A stretch of 53,519 bases of DNA from Candidatus Yanofskybacteria bacterium RIFCSPLOWO2_01_FULL_42_49 (lineage in GTDB: Bacteria > Patescibacteriota > Minisyncoccia > 2-02-FULL-40-12 > GWA2-44-9): positions 1-53,519 of the forward strand of contig MGKI01000008.1 of NCBI GenBank assembly GCA_001795615.1, in the 5' to 3' direction. The notes beneath the pieces were generated by a model, which saw only the letters and a program-made list of their open reading frames with translations, made no database searches and was not told where the DNA came from. Both the position numbers and the translations under genes were made by a program. Each line of letters starts with the position of its first letter. Position 1 is the stretch's first letter. This document shows, in pieces, positions 23,836 to 32,263 of this stretch.

Positions 23836-24837
23836 ATGGCAAAGATAGGAATTGACCTAGGCACAACTAATACCGTAGTATTCGTCCCCAAAAAGGGGAT
23901 AGTGATAAATGAACCATCCGTCGTGGCCATTTCGGTTTTGGATAACAAAATAATCGCCGTCGGAAATATGGCCAAAGAAATGATAGGCCGTACTCCGGAT
24001 AGCATTATCGTTTCAAAACCGCTTGTTGACGGCGCGATCGCGGATTATCGGATAACGGAGGCGATGATCAAACATTTTATAAAAAAATCCGGAGGATTTT
24101 TAAGTTTTGTGAAACCGGAAGTCCTTATTTCCGTACCGGCCGGTATTACTTCAACCGAAAAAAGAGCCGTGATAGAAGCCGCTTTAAATGCGGGAGCAAA
24201 GTCGGTGTACCTCGTTAAAGAACCGGTCCTTGCGGCAATCGGCGCAAAAATTCCGATAAACAGCCCTGCGGGCAATATGATTTTGAATATCGGCGGCGGC
24301 ACTACGGAGCTGGCCGTCATTTCCCTCGGAGGCATAGTAAGCTGGTCATCGGTAAGAATTGGCGGGAATAAATTGGATCAGGCGATTGTTGGATACATCA
24401 AGAAAAAACACGGACTCGCTATAGGAGAGAGAACGGCTGAATTGATAAAAATCAACATCGGCAGCGCCATCAAAGAATCCCAGGAAGATAGAATTAACAT
24501 TAAAGGAAGAGACCTGGCCACTGGCTATCCCAAGACAGTAGAAATAACTTCAAATGAAATAACCGAGGCCATAAGCGAGCATTTAACCGAAATAGTGCAG
24601 ATTATAAAAAGCGTCCTTGAAGTTACGCCTCCGGAATTATGCTCTGATATTATGGACAGAGGAATTATGATATCAGGCGGGGGAGCAATGTTAAAAAATA
24701 TCTCTACGCTTATAACCAGAGTTACGGGCGTACCGGCCCGGGTCGCCGACGACCCGTTATTCTGCGTCGCCCGAGGAACGGGAATTGTGTTGTCCAACTT
24801 GGATAGTTATAAGAGGAATGTGATGGCGAAAAGGTAA
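23836..24837 (+). CDS. mreB: Rod-shape protein MreB
   Basis: MAKIGIDLGTTNTVVFV, an actin-fold phosphate motif, with later GGGTTELAVISLGG and ISGGGAML. Confidence 0.93.
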   Translation: MAKIGIDLGTTNTVVFVPKKGIVINEPSVVAISVLDNKIIAVGNMAKEMIGRTPDSIIVSKPLVDGAIADYRITEAMIKHFIKKSGGFLSFVKPEVLISVPAGITSTEKRAVIEAALNAGAKSVYLVKEPVLAAIGAKIPINSPAGNMILNIGGGTTELAVISLGGIVSWSSVRIGGNKLDQAIVGYIKKKHGLAIGERTAELIKINIGSAIKESQEDRINIKGRDLATGYPKTVEITSNEITEAISEHLTEIVQIIKSVLEVTPPELCSDIMDRGIMISGGGAMLKNISTLITRVTGVPARVADDPLFCVARGTGIVLSNLDSYKRNVMAKR

Positions 24838-24856
24838 CTGCTTTGTGTTGTGGTCT

Positions 24857-25112
24857 CGAGGCCATCAGATAATTTTTTACGCCTTACGCTCCATTAACAA
24901 ATCCAGCGATAATTTCTCATTGTTCAGACAAAAATTTAGCATCCGTTCCTCCTTCGGCAAGCTCAGGATTTTCCGGCTAAATTTTATGGAAGATTAGGTA
25001 AAATTAACATATGTTAATTTTACCTAATCTTTGCTTACCTGAACAATTTCTAAATTATCTTGGATTTGTGATAAAGGAGCGTAAACGCTAGAAAAATTAT
25101 CTGATGGCCTCG
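24857..25112. repeat. 256-bp compound inverted repeat (MITE-like or large RNA hairpin)
   Basis: The outer arms 24857-24927 and 25039-25112 begin with a perfect 21-bp match (cgaggccatcagataattttt) and are otherwise about 80% complementary. The centre 24990-25031 is a perfect 42-bp palindrome. A side hairpin spans 24931-24985. Confidence 0.85.
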
Positions 25113-25191
25113 TTCCCTGGACGGTTTAATTTAATCGATGAAAATTCTATGGTGTATTCACTTTGATACATCAAAGTATCATGGTGTTATT

Positions 25192-25247
25192 AGAAATAGA
25201 AAAGCCCCACACGGATGAAGCATTGTGTGTTGCTTCTCCATGCGGGG
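25192..25247 (-). terminator. Terminator of the sixA-like gene
   Basis: The minus strand reads ccccgcatggagaagca-acacaca-tgcttcatccgtgtgggg followed by cttttctattt. Confidence 0.7.
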
Positions 25248-25256
25248 TCTACCGCA

Positions 25257-25679
25257 TTACGGCTGAAAGAGCCGTGCCACCGTTCTTGATTGAAACTCGA
25301 TCTCATGCACGGAACCGTTGCCGGCGGCTCCGTTGAAGCCAAGCTTGCCGAGAAGATTCTCGATCTCCGGCATATGGCTCACCGCAATGACGGCGGTGAA
25401 GTCCGCGTTATCGACGGCGAATTGCGCCAAACTTGTCGCCGTATTCTCGGATGTCCCGCATCTCAGCCACGACTTGGGCAGAACTTCGCCCAATCCCAAG
25501 GTCTGCCGGATGATCTCCGCGGTCTCAACAGCTCTGGGAAGTTGAGATGTGAGTAGAACGGTCTTGGAAGCGTCAAGCCCCAGTGACTTGAAGAAATCGG
25601 CCGTCCTGGAAATTTGACCTCGTCCGAAATCCATCAGCCCACCCATCGCATCGCCGTGTCGCACTAAAAAGATTCTCAT
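25257..25679 (-). CDS. sixA: Phosphohistidine phosphatase SixA-like (histidine phosphatase superfamily), GC-rich
   Basis: 140 aa. Contains MRIFLVRHGDA (the RHG motif), SQLPRAVETAEI and VSHMPEI. G+C by hand count is 32/60 and 36/60 in 25261-25380, against about 19/60 in neighbouring genes. Confidence 0.8.
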   Translation of the reverse strand: MRIFLVRHGDAMGGLMDFGRGQISRTADFFKSLGLDASKTVLLTSQLPRAVETAEIIRQTLGLGEVLPKSWLRCGTSENTATSLAQFAVDNADFTAVIAVSHMPEIENLLGKLGFNGAAGNGSVHEIEFQSRTVARLFQP

Positions 25680-25727
25680 TTTCCCTGCTCCCTTTTGTAA
25701 AGGTTACCGAAGCCTAACTATGCTTAC

Positions 25728-25756
25728 ATTATAGCAAATTAGAGATACCTTGTCAA
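25728..25756 (-). promoter_or_regulatory. Consensus sigma70-type promoter for sixA
   Basis: The minus strand reads TTGACA-aggtatctctaatttgc(17)-TATAAT. A gggag SD lies before the ATG at 25679. Confidence 0.7.
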
Positions 25757-25790
25757 TATCACCATTTCGCTAAAAAATTGGTATAAATAG

Positions 25791-25910
25791 ATTAGAAAAA
25801 TTAACCTAATTATTCTAATTAATCTAATTATTCTAAACTTTTGAAATTTATAATTTGAGATTCCTGCCTGCCGGCAGGCAGGTGTTTAGAAATTAGAAAT
25901 TAGAAATTTA
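25791..25910. repeat. AT-rich word hairpin with a central 20-bp GC palindrome
   Basis: ctaattattctaattaatctaattattctaaa faces tttagaaattagaaattagaaattt. The centre is cctgcctgccggcaggcagg (25863-25882). Confidence 0.8.
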
Positions 25911-25911
25911 A

Positions 25912-27042
25912 GTGCGTTTAGCACTTGTCCATGATTGGTTAAACACTCTTGGGGGCGCGGAACGCGTTTTAATTGAGTTGCACAAAATTTTCCCCGACGC
26001 TCCGATTTATACGCTTTTTTATAACAAAAAATTCAGGTCCCAGTATTTGCCTAACGCTGACATTAGACCAAGTTTTCTCCAAAAATTTCCTCTGATCACT
26101 AGGCACCATAAACTATTCGCTATCTTGATGCCAAGCGCCATAGAGTCATTTGACCTGTCGGATTTTGATACGGTGATTTCATCATCGGTCTTTTTTTCAA
26201 AAGGCTTAGTATTAAGACCGAAAACAAGACACATCTGCTACTGTTACAGCCCGACTCGTCAGCTTTGGGATTTAAATAAATTAGATACTAAAATTGGAAA
26301 TTTAAACTTGGAAATTGGAACTTCCGTAGCAAAACATTTGCTACGGCTATGGGATCGTCAAGCAGCGGACAGGGTTGATGAATTCGTTGCCATTTCCGAA
26401 ATAGTGCGATCGAGGATACAAAAGTACTATAAACGGGATGCCAAAGTTATTTACCCCCCCATTACCCTAAATCCTAAACTCGAAACTCTAAACTCTAAAC
26501 CCCAGTACCAGGGCAAAGCACGGTACGGGGCACGGCAAACTCAAAACGACTATTACTTAATTGTCTCAAGATTATATCCTCACAAAAATATTGATGTTGC
26601 CGTTGAAGCATTTGCTAAGCTTAATTTACCGCTTATCATAATCGGCGACGGACCAGAATATAAAAATCTCAAATCTCAAATCTCAAATCTCAAATCCATC
26701 ATAATTACGGGTTTTGTGCCTGATGAAAAATTGCCTTTTTACTATCAAAATTGCCGAGCTTTTATAATGCCACAAGAAGAAGACTTCGGCTTAACGCCGC
26801 TTGAGGCAATGTCATTCGGTAAGCCGATTTTAGCTCTGCGCAAAGGCGGAGCGCTTGAGACGATTCGGGAAGGAGTAACCGGAGAATTCTTTGACAACCC
26901 GATACCGGAAGCGCTAGCCGATGGAGTAAGGCGATTGAATGAAAATTATCCTAATTATCGTCCGGAGGTAATTCAATCCCACGCCAAACAATTCTCGGTA
27001 GAAATTTTTAAGAAAAAGATCCTGGAATTAATTTCTGCTTAA
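25912..27042 (+). CDS. Glycosyltransferase family 4 (GT-B)
   Basis: 376 aa with a GTG start. Has the typical GT4 C-terminal half (YLIVSRLYPHKNID..., IIGDGPE, E.FGLTPLEAMSFGKPILA). Contains in-frame word repeats. Confidence 0.85.
   Translation: MRLALVHDWLNTLGGAERVLIELHKIFPDAPIYTLFYNKKFRSQYLPNADIRPSFLQKFPLITRHHKLFAILMPSAIESFDLSDFDTVISSSVFFSKGLVLRPKTRHICYCYSPTRQLWDLNKLDTKIGNLNLEIGTSVAKHLLRLWDRQAADRVDEFVAISEIVRSRIQKYYKRDAKVIYPPITLNPKLETLNSKPQYQGKARYGARQTQNDYYLIVSRLYPHKNIDVAVEAFAKLNLPLIIIGDGPEYKNLKSQISNLKSIIITGFVPDEKLPFYYQNCRAFIMPQEEDFGLTPLEAMSFGKPILALRKGGALETIREGVTGEFFDNPIPEALADGVRRLNENYPNYRPEVIQSHAKQFSVEIFKKKILELISA
26664..26696 (+). repeat. Heptanucleotide tandem repeat (aaatctc) x4.7 inside the GT4 CDS
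   Basis: Units at 26664-70, 71-77, 78-84 and 85-91, plus a partial aaatc. Encodes KNLKSQISNLKS. Confidence 0.95.
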
Positions 27043-27086
27043 ATTATTAATTGCACAAAAATCATAAATTTTGATAAAATCGACTG

Positions 27087-27971
27087 ATGCACATCAGCAT
27101 TGTAACCCTCAATTATAACGGTTCAAAGGAGACGCTTGAACTGCTCAAATCTCTTAGAGAACAAGCCGACCAAGATTTTGAAATAATTGTAGTAGACAAC
27201 GGCTCGGAAGAGACCGATTTCGCCAACCTTCAGTCACTTATCCACTCAACGCCACCAGGTGGCGTTTATCCACAGGCAGTTAAAAATGAAGAGAATCTGG
27301 GGTTTTCGGGGGGTAATAATGTTGGTATTCGCCACGCTCTCGAAAACGGCTCCGATTGGGTTGTTTTGCTCAATAACGATACTTGGGTAGAAAAGGACTT
27401 TATGGAGCGTTTAAGGGCTGTTTTAGAAGGCAAAAGGGGGATTGTGGGGTTGCCCATGGATGAGGGTCAGAGAATTTGTTATGCGGGTAGAGTAAGGTGG
27501 CTAAAAAGACCTCGCAAGTTTCATATTAATAGTTTAGAAGAAGCAAAGAAAAATAAAAATATTTATGCAATTGGAGGGGGAATGGCTATACATTGTAGTG
27601 TCTTTGAAAAAATAGGTTTTCTGGATGAAGAATATTTTTTATATTTTGAAGATATTGATTACTCTGTTAGGGCAAGGATAAAAAATGTCGTCATAGAAAT
27701 AACAGATAAACCGGTTATACATCATGCCGTTTCGTCAACCACAAAAAAACTTGGCAGTTCAACAATCCTAAGATACCACTATCGCAATGCTTTATATTTT
27801 AACCTCAAGAATGGCCCATGGTATGTTAAGTTTCTCGTCTGGCTGTGGAGTTGGGTAATAGTAATTAAGCAATTGAGCAAAATAGTAATTGGGAAAAATG
27901 TTAAAGAATCAAAAGCGATATTGGCAGGAGTAATAGATTTTTATAAAAATAAAATGGGAAAGATTAACTAG
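27087..27971 (+). CDS. Glycosyltransferase family 2
   Basis: ISIVTLNYNGSKETLELLKSL, IIVVDNGS, GFSGGNN, and a DxD-like FEDIDYS. Confidence 0.88.
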   Translation: MHISIVTLNYNGSKETLELLKSLREQADQDFEIIVVDNGSEETDFANLQSLIHSTPPGGVYPQAVKNEENLGFSGGNNVGIRHALENGSDWVVLLNNDTWVEKDFMERLRAVLEGKRGIVGLPMDEGQRICYAGRVRWLKRPRKFHINSLEEAKKNKNIYAIGGGMAIHCSVFEKIGFLDEEYFLYFEDIDYSVRARIKNVVIEITDKPVIHHAVSSTTKKLGSSTILRYHYRNALYFNLKNGPWYVKFLVWLWSWVIVIKQLSKIVIGKNVKESKAILAGVIDFYKNKMGKIN

Positions 27972-28007
27972 ATATTAGCTTCTAGGTGATAGCTTTTAGA
28001 AAAAGGG

Positions 28008-28035
28008 CTAAAACCTAAAACCTAAAACCTAAAAC
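28008..28035 (+). repeat. Heptanucleotide tandem repeat (ctaaaac) x4 abutting a start codon
   Basis: Four perfect units end 1 nt before the TTG start at 28037. Confidence 0.95.
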
Positions 28036-28036
28036 C

Positions 28037-29212
28037 TTGCTAAAGATCGGAATTGAGTGTGAAAATCTGGAGGACCCCAAGTCGCGTTGGGGGATAGGCA
28101 AGATAACTTTGAATTTGCTCAAAGAATTCGCAAAAAATCCCGAATGGCAGAAGAAATATAAGTTATACTTATACTTCAAAAGTCGTATTCCTAATGATGA
28201 AGTTCTCAAAAGCCCAATATTTGTAAAGAGGGTATCGGGTTTTCCTTCGTTTAATATTTTCTACCACATCTTAATGCCCCTGCGAGCCATGGTAGACAGA
28301 GTGAATTGGATGTTTTTCCCGGCCTATCAGTTGCCGCCGCTATATTTAGGTAAATCTATTGTTGTACTAACAGAAGACGCTTATTACGAATATAAATACG
28401 GCACTTTACCATTTCGTTATAAATTATCCTACAGAATATTTACGAACTGGGCGGCAAAATTTGCGACAAAAATTTTAGCAATTTCCGAGACATCTAAAAA
28501 AGAGTTGGCAAGGATATATAAAATAAATCCGGATAAGATTTTTGTAAATTATTTGGGAATTGATACATTGCCCTTCTTCGCGCAAAGCTTCGAAGGACGA
28601 CAAACACAAGGTAATTACCTTTTGTTTGTCGGGCAGATGTTTCCGCGCCGCCACGCTAAAGAAACCATCCTGGCATTTGAAAAACTCCTTCGACAAAGCT
28701 CAGGACAAGTCCTCACAGAACATTCCAACATTCTGCAGAATGTTGGAATGTCAGAATTAAAATTAATTTTAATCGGACCGGATAAATATCCCGATCTGAT
28801 TATTAACCCGCTTGTGGCACAGGTGAATAAGCAGCTGGGCCGAGAGGCAATCGTACACAAAGATTATGTAAAAGATGAAGAACTTGTCGAATTATATGCT
28901 AGAGCAAGAGCATTGGTCTATGTCTCCGACAGGGAAGCGTTCGGGTTACCGCCAATGGAAGCTTTGTCATTTGGCGTCCCGCCGATTGTGATGGATAATG
29001 AATTGGGCCACGAACTTTTCGAGGACCACGCTTTTTATTCAAAAAGTGGAGAAGTTGACGATATCGCGGATACGATAAAGCAAGCATTAAGTGATGATAA
29101 CCCTTCGGCAGAGCTCAGGGCAAGAATAAAATCCGACGGCTCGGAATTTGTGAAGAAATACAATTGGAAAAGTTTCGCGGATTGTTGGTTCCAAATTATA
29201 AATGAAAAATAA
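28037..29212 (+). CDS. Glycosyltransferase family 4
   Basis: 391 aa with a TTG start. Contains YLLFVGQMFPRRH, LILIGPD and EAFGLPPMEALSFGVPPIV. Confidence 0.85.
   Translation: MLKIGIECENLEDPKSRWGIGKITLNLLKEFAKNPEWQKKYKLYLYFKSRIPNDEVLKSPIFVKRVSGFPSFNIFYHILMPLRAMVDRVNWMFFPAYQLPPLYLGKSIVVLTEDAYYEYKYGTLPFRYKLSYRIFTNWAAKFATKILAISETSKKELARIYKINPDKIFVNYLGIDTLPFFAQSFEGRQTQGNYLLFVGQMFPRRHAKETILAFEKLLRQSSGQVLTEHSNILQNVGMSELKLILIGPDKYPDLIINPLVAQVNKQLGREAIVHKDYVKDEELVELYARARALVYVSDREAFGLPPMEALSFGVPPIVMDNELGHELFEDHAFYSKSGEVDDIADTIKQALSDDNPSAELRARIKSDGSEFVKKYNWKSFADCWFQIINEK
28720..28751. repeat. Perfect 32-bp palindrome inside the GT4 CDS
   Basis: acattccaacattctg|cagaatgttggaatgt. An 18-bp palindrome attaaaatt|aattttaat follows at 28756-28773. 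Confidence 0.95.
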
Positions 29213-30767
29213 TTTTTTAAATTGGTTTTTCGCAGTTGAGGTTATTTTGTTTAGCTTAATAATCACTGGTATTTTGCCGCGAGAGATAGCACTTTATCTG
29301 GGTGCGGCTTTGGTTATATATTTTTTGGCCGCGCCACTTGATGATTCTCTGGTATTTTTTGTGAGGTCAATTCCGCTATTTTTGGCACTGCCGATTACAG
29401 CAGGGTTTGATAATTTTAATGTGTGGAGGATACTCGCCGCAATACTATTTTTGAAATGGCTCTTCAAAAATAGTATTAAGTATTATGTATTATGTATTAA
29501 GGATTGGGTCAAAAATTTCAGTTATAAAAAACCGCCCTTTTTGCTTATCATTTTATTGATCCTCGCGGTTTTATCCGTAATTCCGGCGCCGGATAAGATG
29601 GCAGCAATAAAGCGAATAATATTTTTCTTAAATTTTGCTGTACTCGGAGTAGTTATTTGTGATAAAGCAGAAAACCAAGAGTTCGTAAAAAGACTAATCA
29701 AAAATTCAATTATTCCCGTCATTATCGTTGCCACAGTCGGATATATTCAAGTTATCTCAACCTACTTTATTGATATTTACCAATTCATGAGAATCTGGGG
29801 CGAGGGGATACAATGCCGCCAGTTCGGCGAACAGTGGTGCAACATCGCCGTCCAGCTTGGCAACACTTGGTTCGCGTATTTTGGAGAACAGTTATCGTTG
29901 AGGGTTTTTTCTCTGTTCCCTGATTCACATTCATTCCCGCAGTTCGTATTGCTTGGAATTCCAGCCATACTCGCAATGCTATTGCGAAAAAACACAAATC
30001 ACAAAACACAAATCACAAATAAAACCCAAAAAATAAAAGCACAAATCCCCAGAATAATCATTTTATCGTCGTTGTTCTTAATAATAATATTGAGCGGAAC
30101 ACGAGGAATTTGGGCGGCAAGCGTGGGGGTAATTTTACTTGCCTTAGCAATAATTTTCTACACAAATAGACAAATGCCAACAAAATCTGCAATTGCGGAA
30201 AATGTTGGCACTTTCAAAAATTTAACACGGTATTTAGTTATATTTTTCGTAATGTTTGCGGTCGCCTTTCCCATATTCTCCTCTCCGCAATTCTTAGTAG
30301 GAAAGAGTGATGATATTCTAAAAAACCGAATTAAATCGATAATTGACTTCGGAGAAACATCCAACGCCCAGCGGATAGAAATTTGGAAGAAGACATTATC
30401 GTCAATTAAAGAAAAGCCGTTTCTTGGTGTTGGCATAGGCAATTATCCGGTCGTGTTGGAACAGGACATACGTTTAGCCAAAGCCGGTTCATCGGCGCAT
30501 AATTTGTATCTTCATATTACGGCAGAAATGGGAATTCTGGCCGGAATAATTTTCATCTGGTTTTTGTGGCTTTTGTTCAAGAGAAATTATGATATTTTTA
30601 CTAAAGAAGGTGATAAGCAACTTGGAATCTACTTTGCCGCTACACTTTTATTCGTGCCTTGGGTTTTGATATATTCTCTCACCGATATTGCGATTTTTGA
30701 CGAAAGGTCTTTTTTGATGTTTGTGACTACAACGGCTTTAATTTTGGGAACAAAAAAGCCCGATTAA
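29202..30767 (+). CDS. O-antigen ligase / Wzy-like polytopic membrane protein
   Basis: 521 aa with many TM segments. Contains LSGTRGIWAAS and GSSAHNLYLHITAEMGILAG (Wzy_C-like). Confidence 0.8.
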   Translation: MKNNFLNWFFAVEVILFSLIITGILPREIALYLGAALVIYFLAAPLDDSLVFFVRSIPLFLALPITAGFDNFNVWRILAAILFLKWLFKNSIKYYVLCIKDWVKNFSYKKPPFLLIILLILAVLSVIPAPDKMAAIKRIIFFLNFAVLGVVICDKAENQEFVKRLIKNSIIPVIIVATVGYIQVISTYFIDIYQFMRIWGEGIQCRQFGEQWCNIAVQLGNTWFAYFGEQLSLRVFSLFPDSHSFPQFVLLGIPAILAMLLRKNTNHKTQITNKTQKIKAQIPRIIILSSLFLIIILSGTRGIWAASVGVILLALAIIFYTNRQMPTKSAIAENVGTFKNLTRYLVIFFVMFAVAFPIFSSPQFLVGKSDDILKNRIKSIIDFGETSNAQRIEIWKKTLSSIKEKPFLGVGIGNYPVVLEQDIRLAKAGSSAHNLYLHITAEMGILAGIIFIWFLWLLFKRNYDIFTKEGDKQLGIYFAATLLFVPWVLIYSLTDIAIFDERSFLMFVTTTALILGTKKPD

Positions 30768-30776
30768 AATCGGGTT
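30756..30776. terminator. Hairpin shared by convergent genes
   Basis: aagcccgat-taaa-atcgggtt overlaps both stop codons. Confidence 0.55.
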
Positions 30777-31101
30777 AAAAATCAAATCCATCTAATACTG
30801 TCGGCGGGGGAACTGCCCTGAACACCGCTTCAACACTAAGCATGTCGGTTTTTACCCTGAAAGATACTCTTACAGTATCGGCCTCACTAAGTTTATTCAT
30901 GGCAATCAAAACTAAACCCAAGTCGTTATGGCTTATATTATACGGTTCGCTCATTAGACATCCAGTTAATTCTTGCATCGTCATGCTTTGATGTCTAAGC
31001 AACTCATATATCGTGTTCTTTAAAACCACAATTTTAGGTAAATTTACATTACTAAGTGATTGTCCTGCCTTTAGCATTTTATTTACCTCTCGTGTTTTCA
31101 A
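30775..31101 (-). CDS. Hypothetical protein (opposite strand within the glycan locus)
   Basis: 108 aa with no recognisable motif. Confidence 0.45.
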   Translation of the reverse strand: MKTREVNKMLKAGQSLSNVNLPKIVVLKNTIYELLRHQSMTMQELTGCLMSEPYNISHNDLGLVLIAMNKLSEADTVRVSFRVKTDMLSVEAVFRAVPPPTVLDGFDF

Positions 31102-31135
31102 AAATCCTCTAAAATGTTAGGATATTTTCTGTATT

Positions 31136-32263
31136 ATGTCAAATCCTTTGGTCACAATAAACCTCGTGGTTCTCAACGGTGAAAAGTACATCCGCCATTG
31201 TTTGGATGCGGTTTTGGCGCAGACATATCCGCATAAGCTGATCGAACTAAACATTTTAGATAACGGCTCAACGGATAAAACAAAGGAAAATATTAGAGAT
31301 TCGAAATTAGAGATTAGAGATTCCGAGTTTTTCACTTTCAATCTCATTGAAAGTCCGAAAAATCTCGGTGTTTGGCCGGGACAAGAAGAATTACTAAAAC
31401 ACACGAGTGGCAAATATATAGTATCCTTGTGCGTTGATGTATTAATGGACAAGGACTTTATTAAAAATGCGGTAGAAGTAATGGGGAAGGATGAAAAAAT
31501 CGGCGCGCTCCAGCCGAAGATATACAGCTTCGAATTGGGAATTATGAATAAAGAATCAAGAAGTGAAAACCATAATTCATTATTCCCTATTCATTATTCA
31601 CGCATTATTGACACTTGTGGTTTTAAAATTTTCCGATCACGCCGTGTCATAAACATTGGCCACGGCGAGAAAGACCATGGCCAGTACGACAACCTCGGAG
31701 AAATTTTTGCCGTTGAAGGAGCAGCGCCGGTATTCCGCAAAGAAGCCCTAAAAGACTGTCAAATTAAATTAACGACATCGGATGGCCGTTGGACATCCGA
31801 TGTCCCCGCAACTGAAATCACCGACCACGACTACTTCTGGTACGGCGACGATCTGGATCTGGCTTGGCGGATGAGGTTATTCGGATGGAAAGAAGTATTC
31901 GCGCCCAATGTAATCGCATGGCATGACAGACAGACAACGAAATCGATCAAGAAAAGCTGGTCCGACTACATCACCAGAGTTCCGGTGCGCAGGCAAATTC
32001 CCATCAAAAAACGCCGTCTCGACTGGAGAAATTTGCGTTGGACATTAGTTAAAAATGATTATATAATAAACATTCTGAAAGACTTGCCCCAGATCATGTT
32101 AAGAGAGATAGCCGTGCTTGGATACGCAGTTTTATTTGAACCGGCGGTGCTTAAAGAAATACCGGCATTTTTCCGATATTTACCCAAAATGCTGAGAAAA
32201 AGAAAAGAGATAATGAGGCGGACAATCATAACGCCAAGAGAAATAAGGAAATGGATCAATTAG
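31136..32263 (+). CDS. Glycosyltransferase family 2
   Basis: VTINLVVLNGEKYIRHCLDAVLAQTY, LDNGSTDKT and a DxD-like YGDDLDLAWR. Several in-frame repeats and hairpins. Confidence 0.85.
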   Translation: MSNPLVTINLVVLNGEKYIRHCLDAVLAQTYPHKLIELNILDNGSTDKTKENIRDSKLEIRDSEFFTFNLIESPKNLGVWPGQEELLKHTSGKYIVSLCVDVLMDKDFIKNAVEVMGKDEKIGALQPKIYSFELGIMNKESRSENHNSLFPIHYSRIIDTCGFKIFRSRRVINIGHGEKDHGQYDNLGEIFAVEGAAPVFRKEALKDCQIKLTTSDGRWTSDVPATEITDHDYFWYGDDLDLAWRMRLFGWKEVFAPNVIAWHDRQTTKSIKKSWSDYITRVPVRRQIPIKKRRLDWRNLRWTLVKNDYIINILKDLPQIMLREIAVLGYAVLFEPAVLKEIPAFFRYLPKMLRKRKEIMRRTIITPREIRKWIN

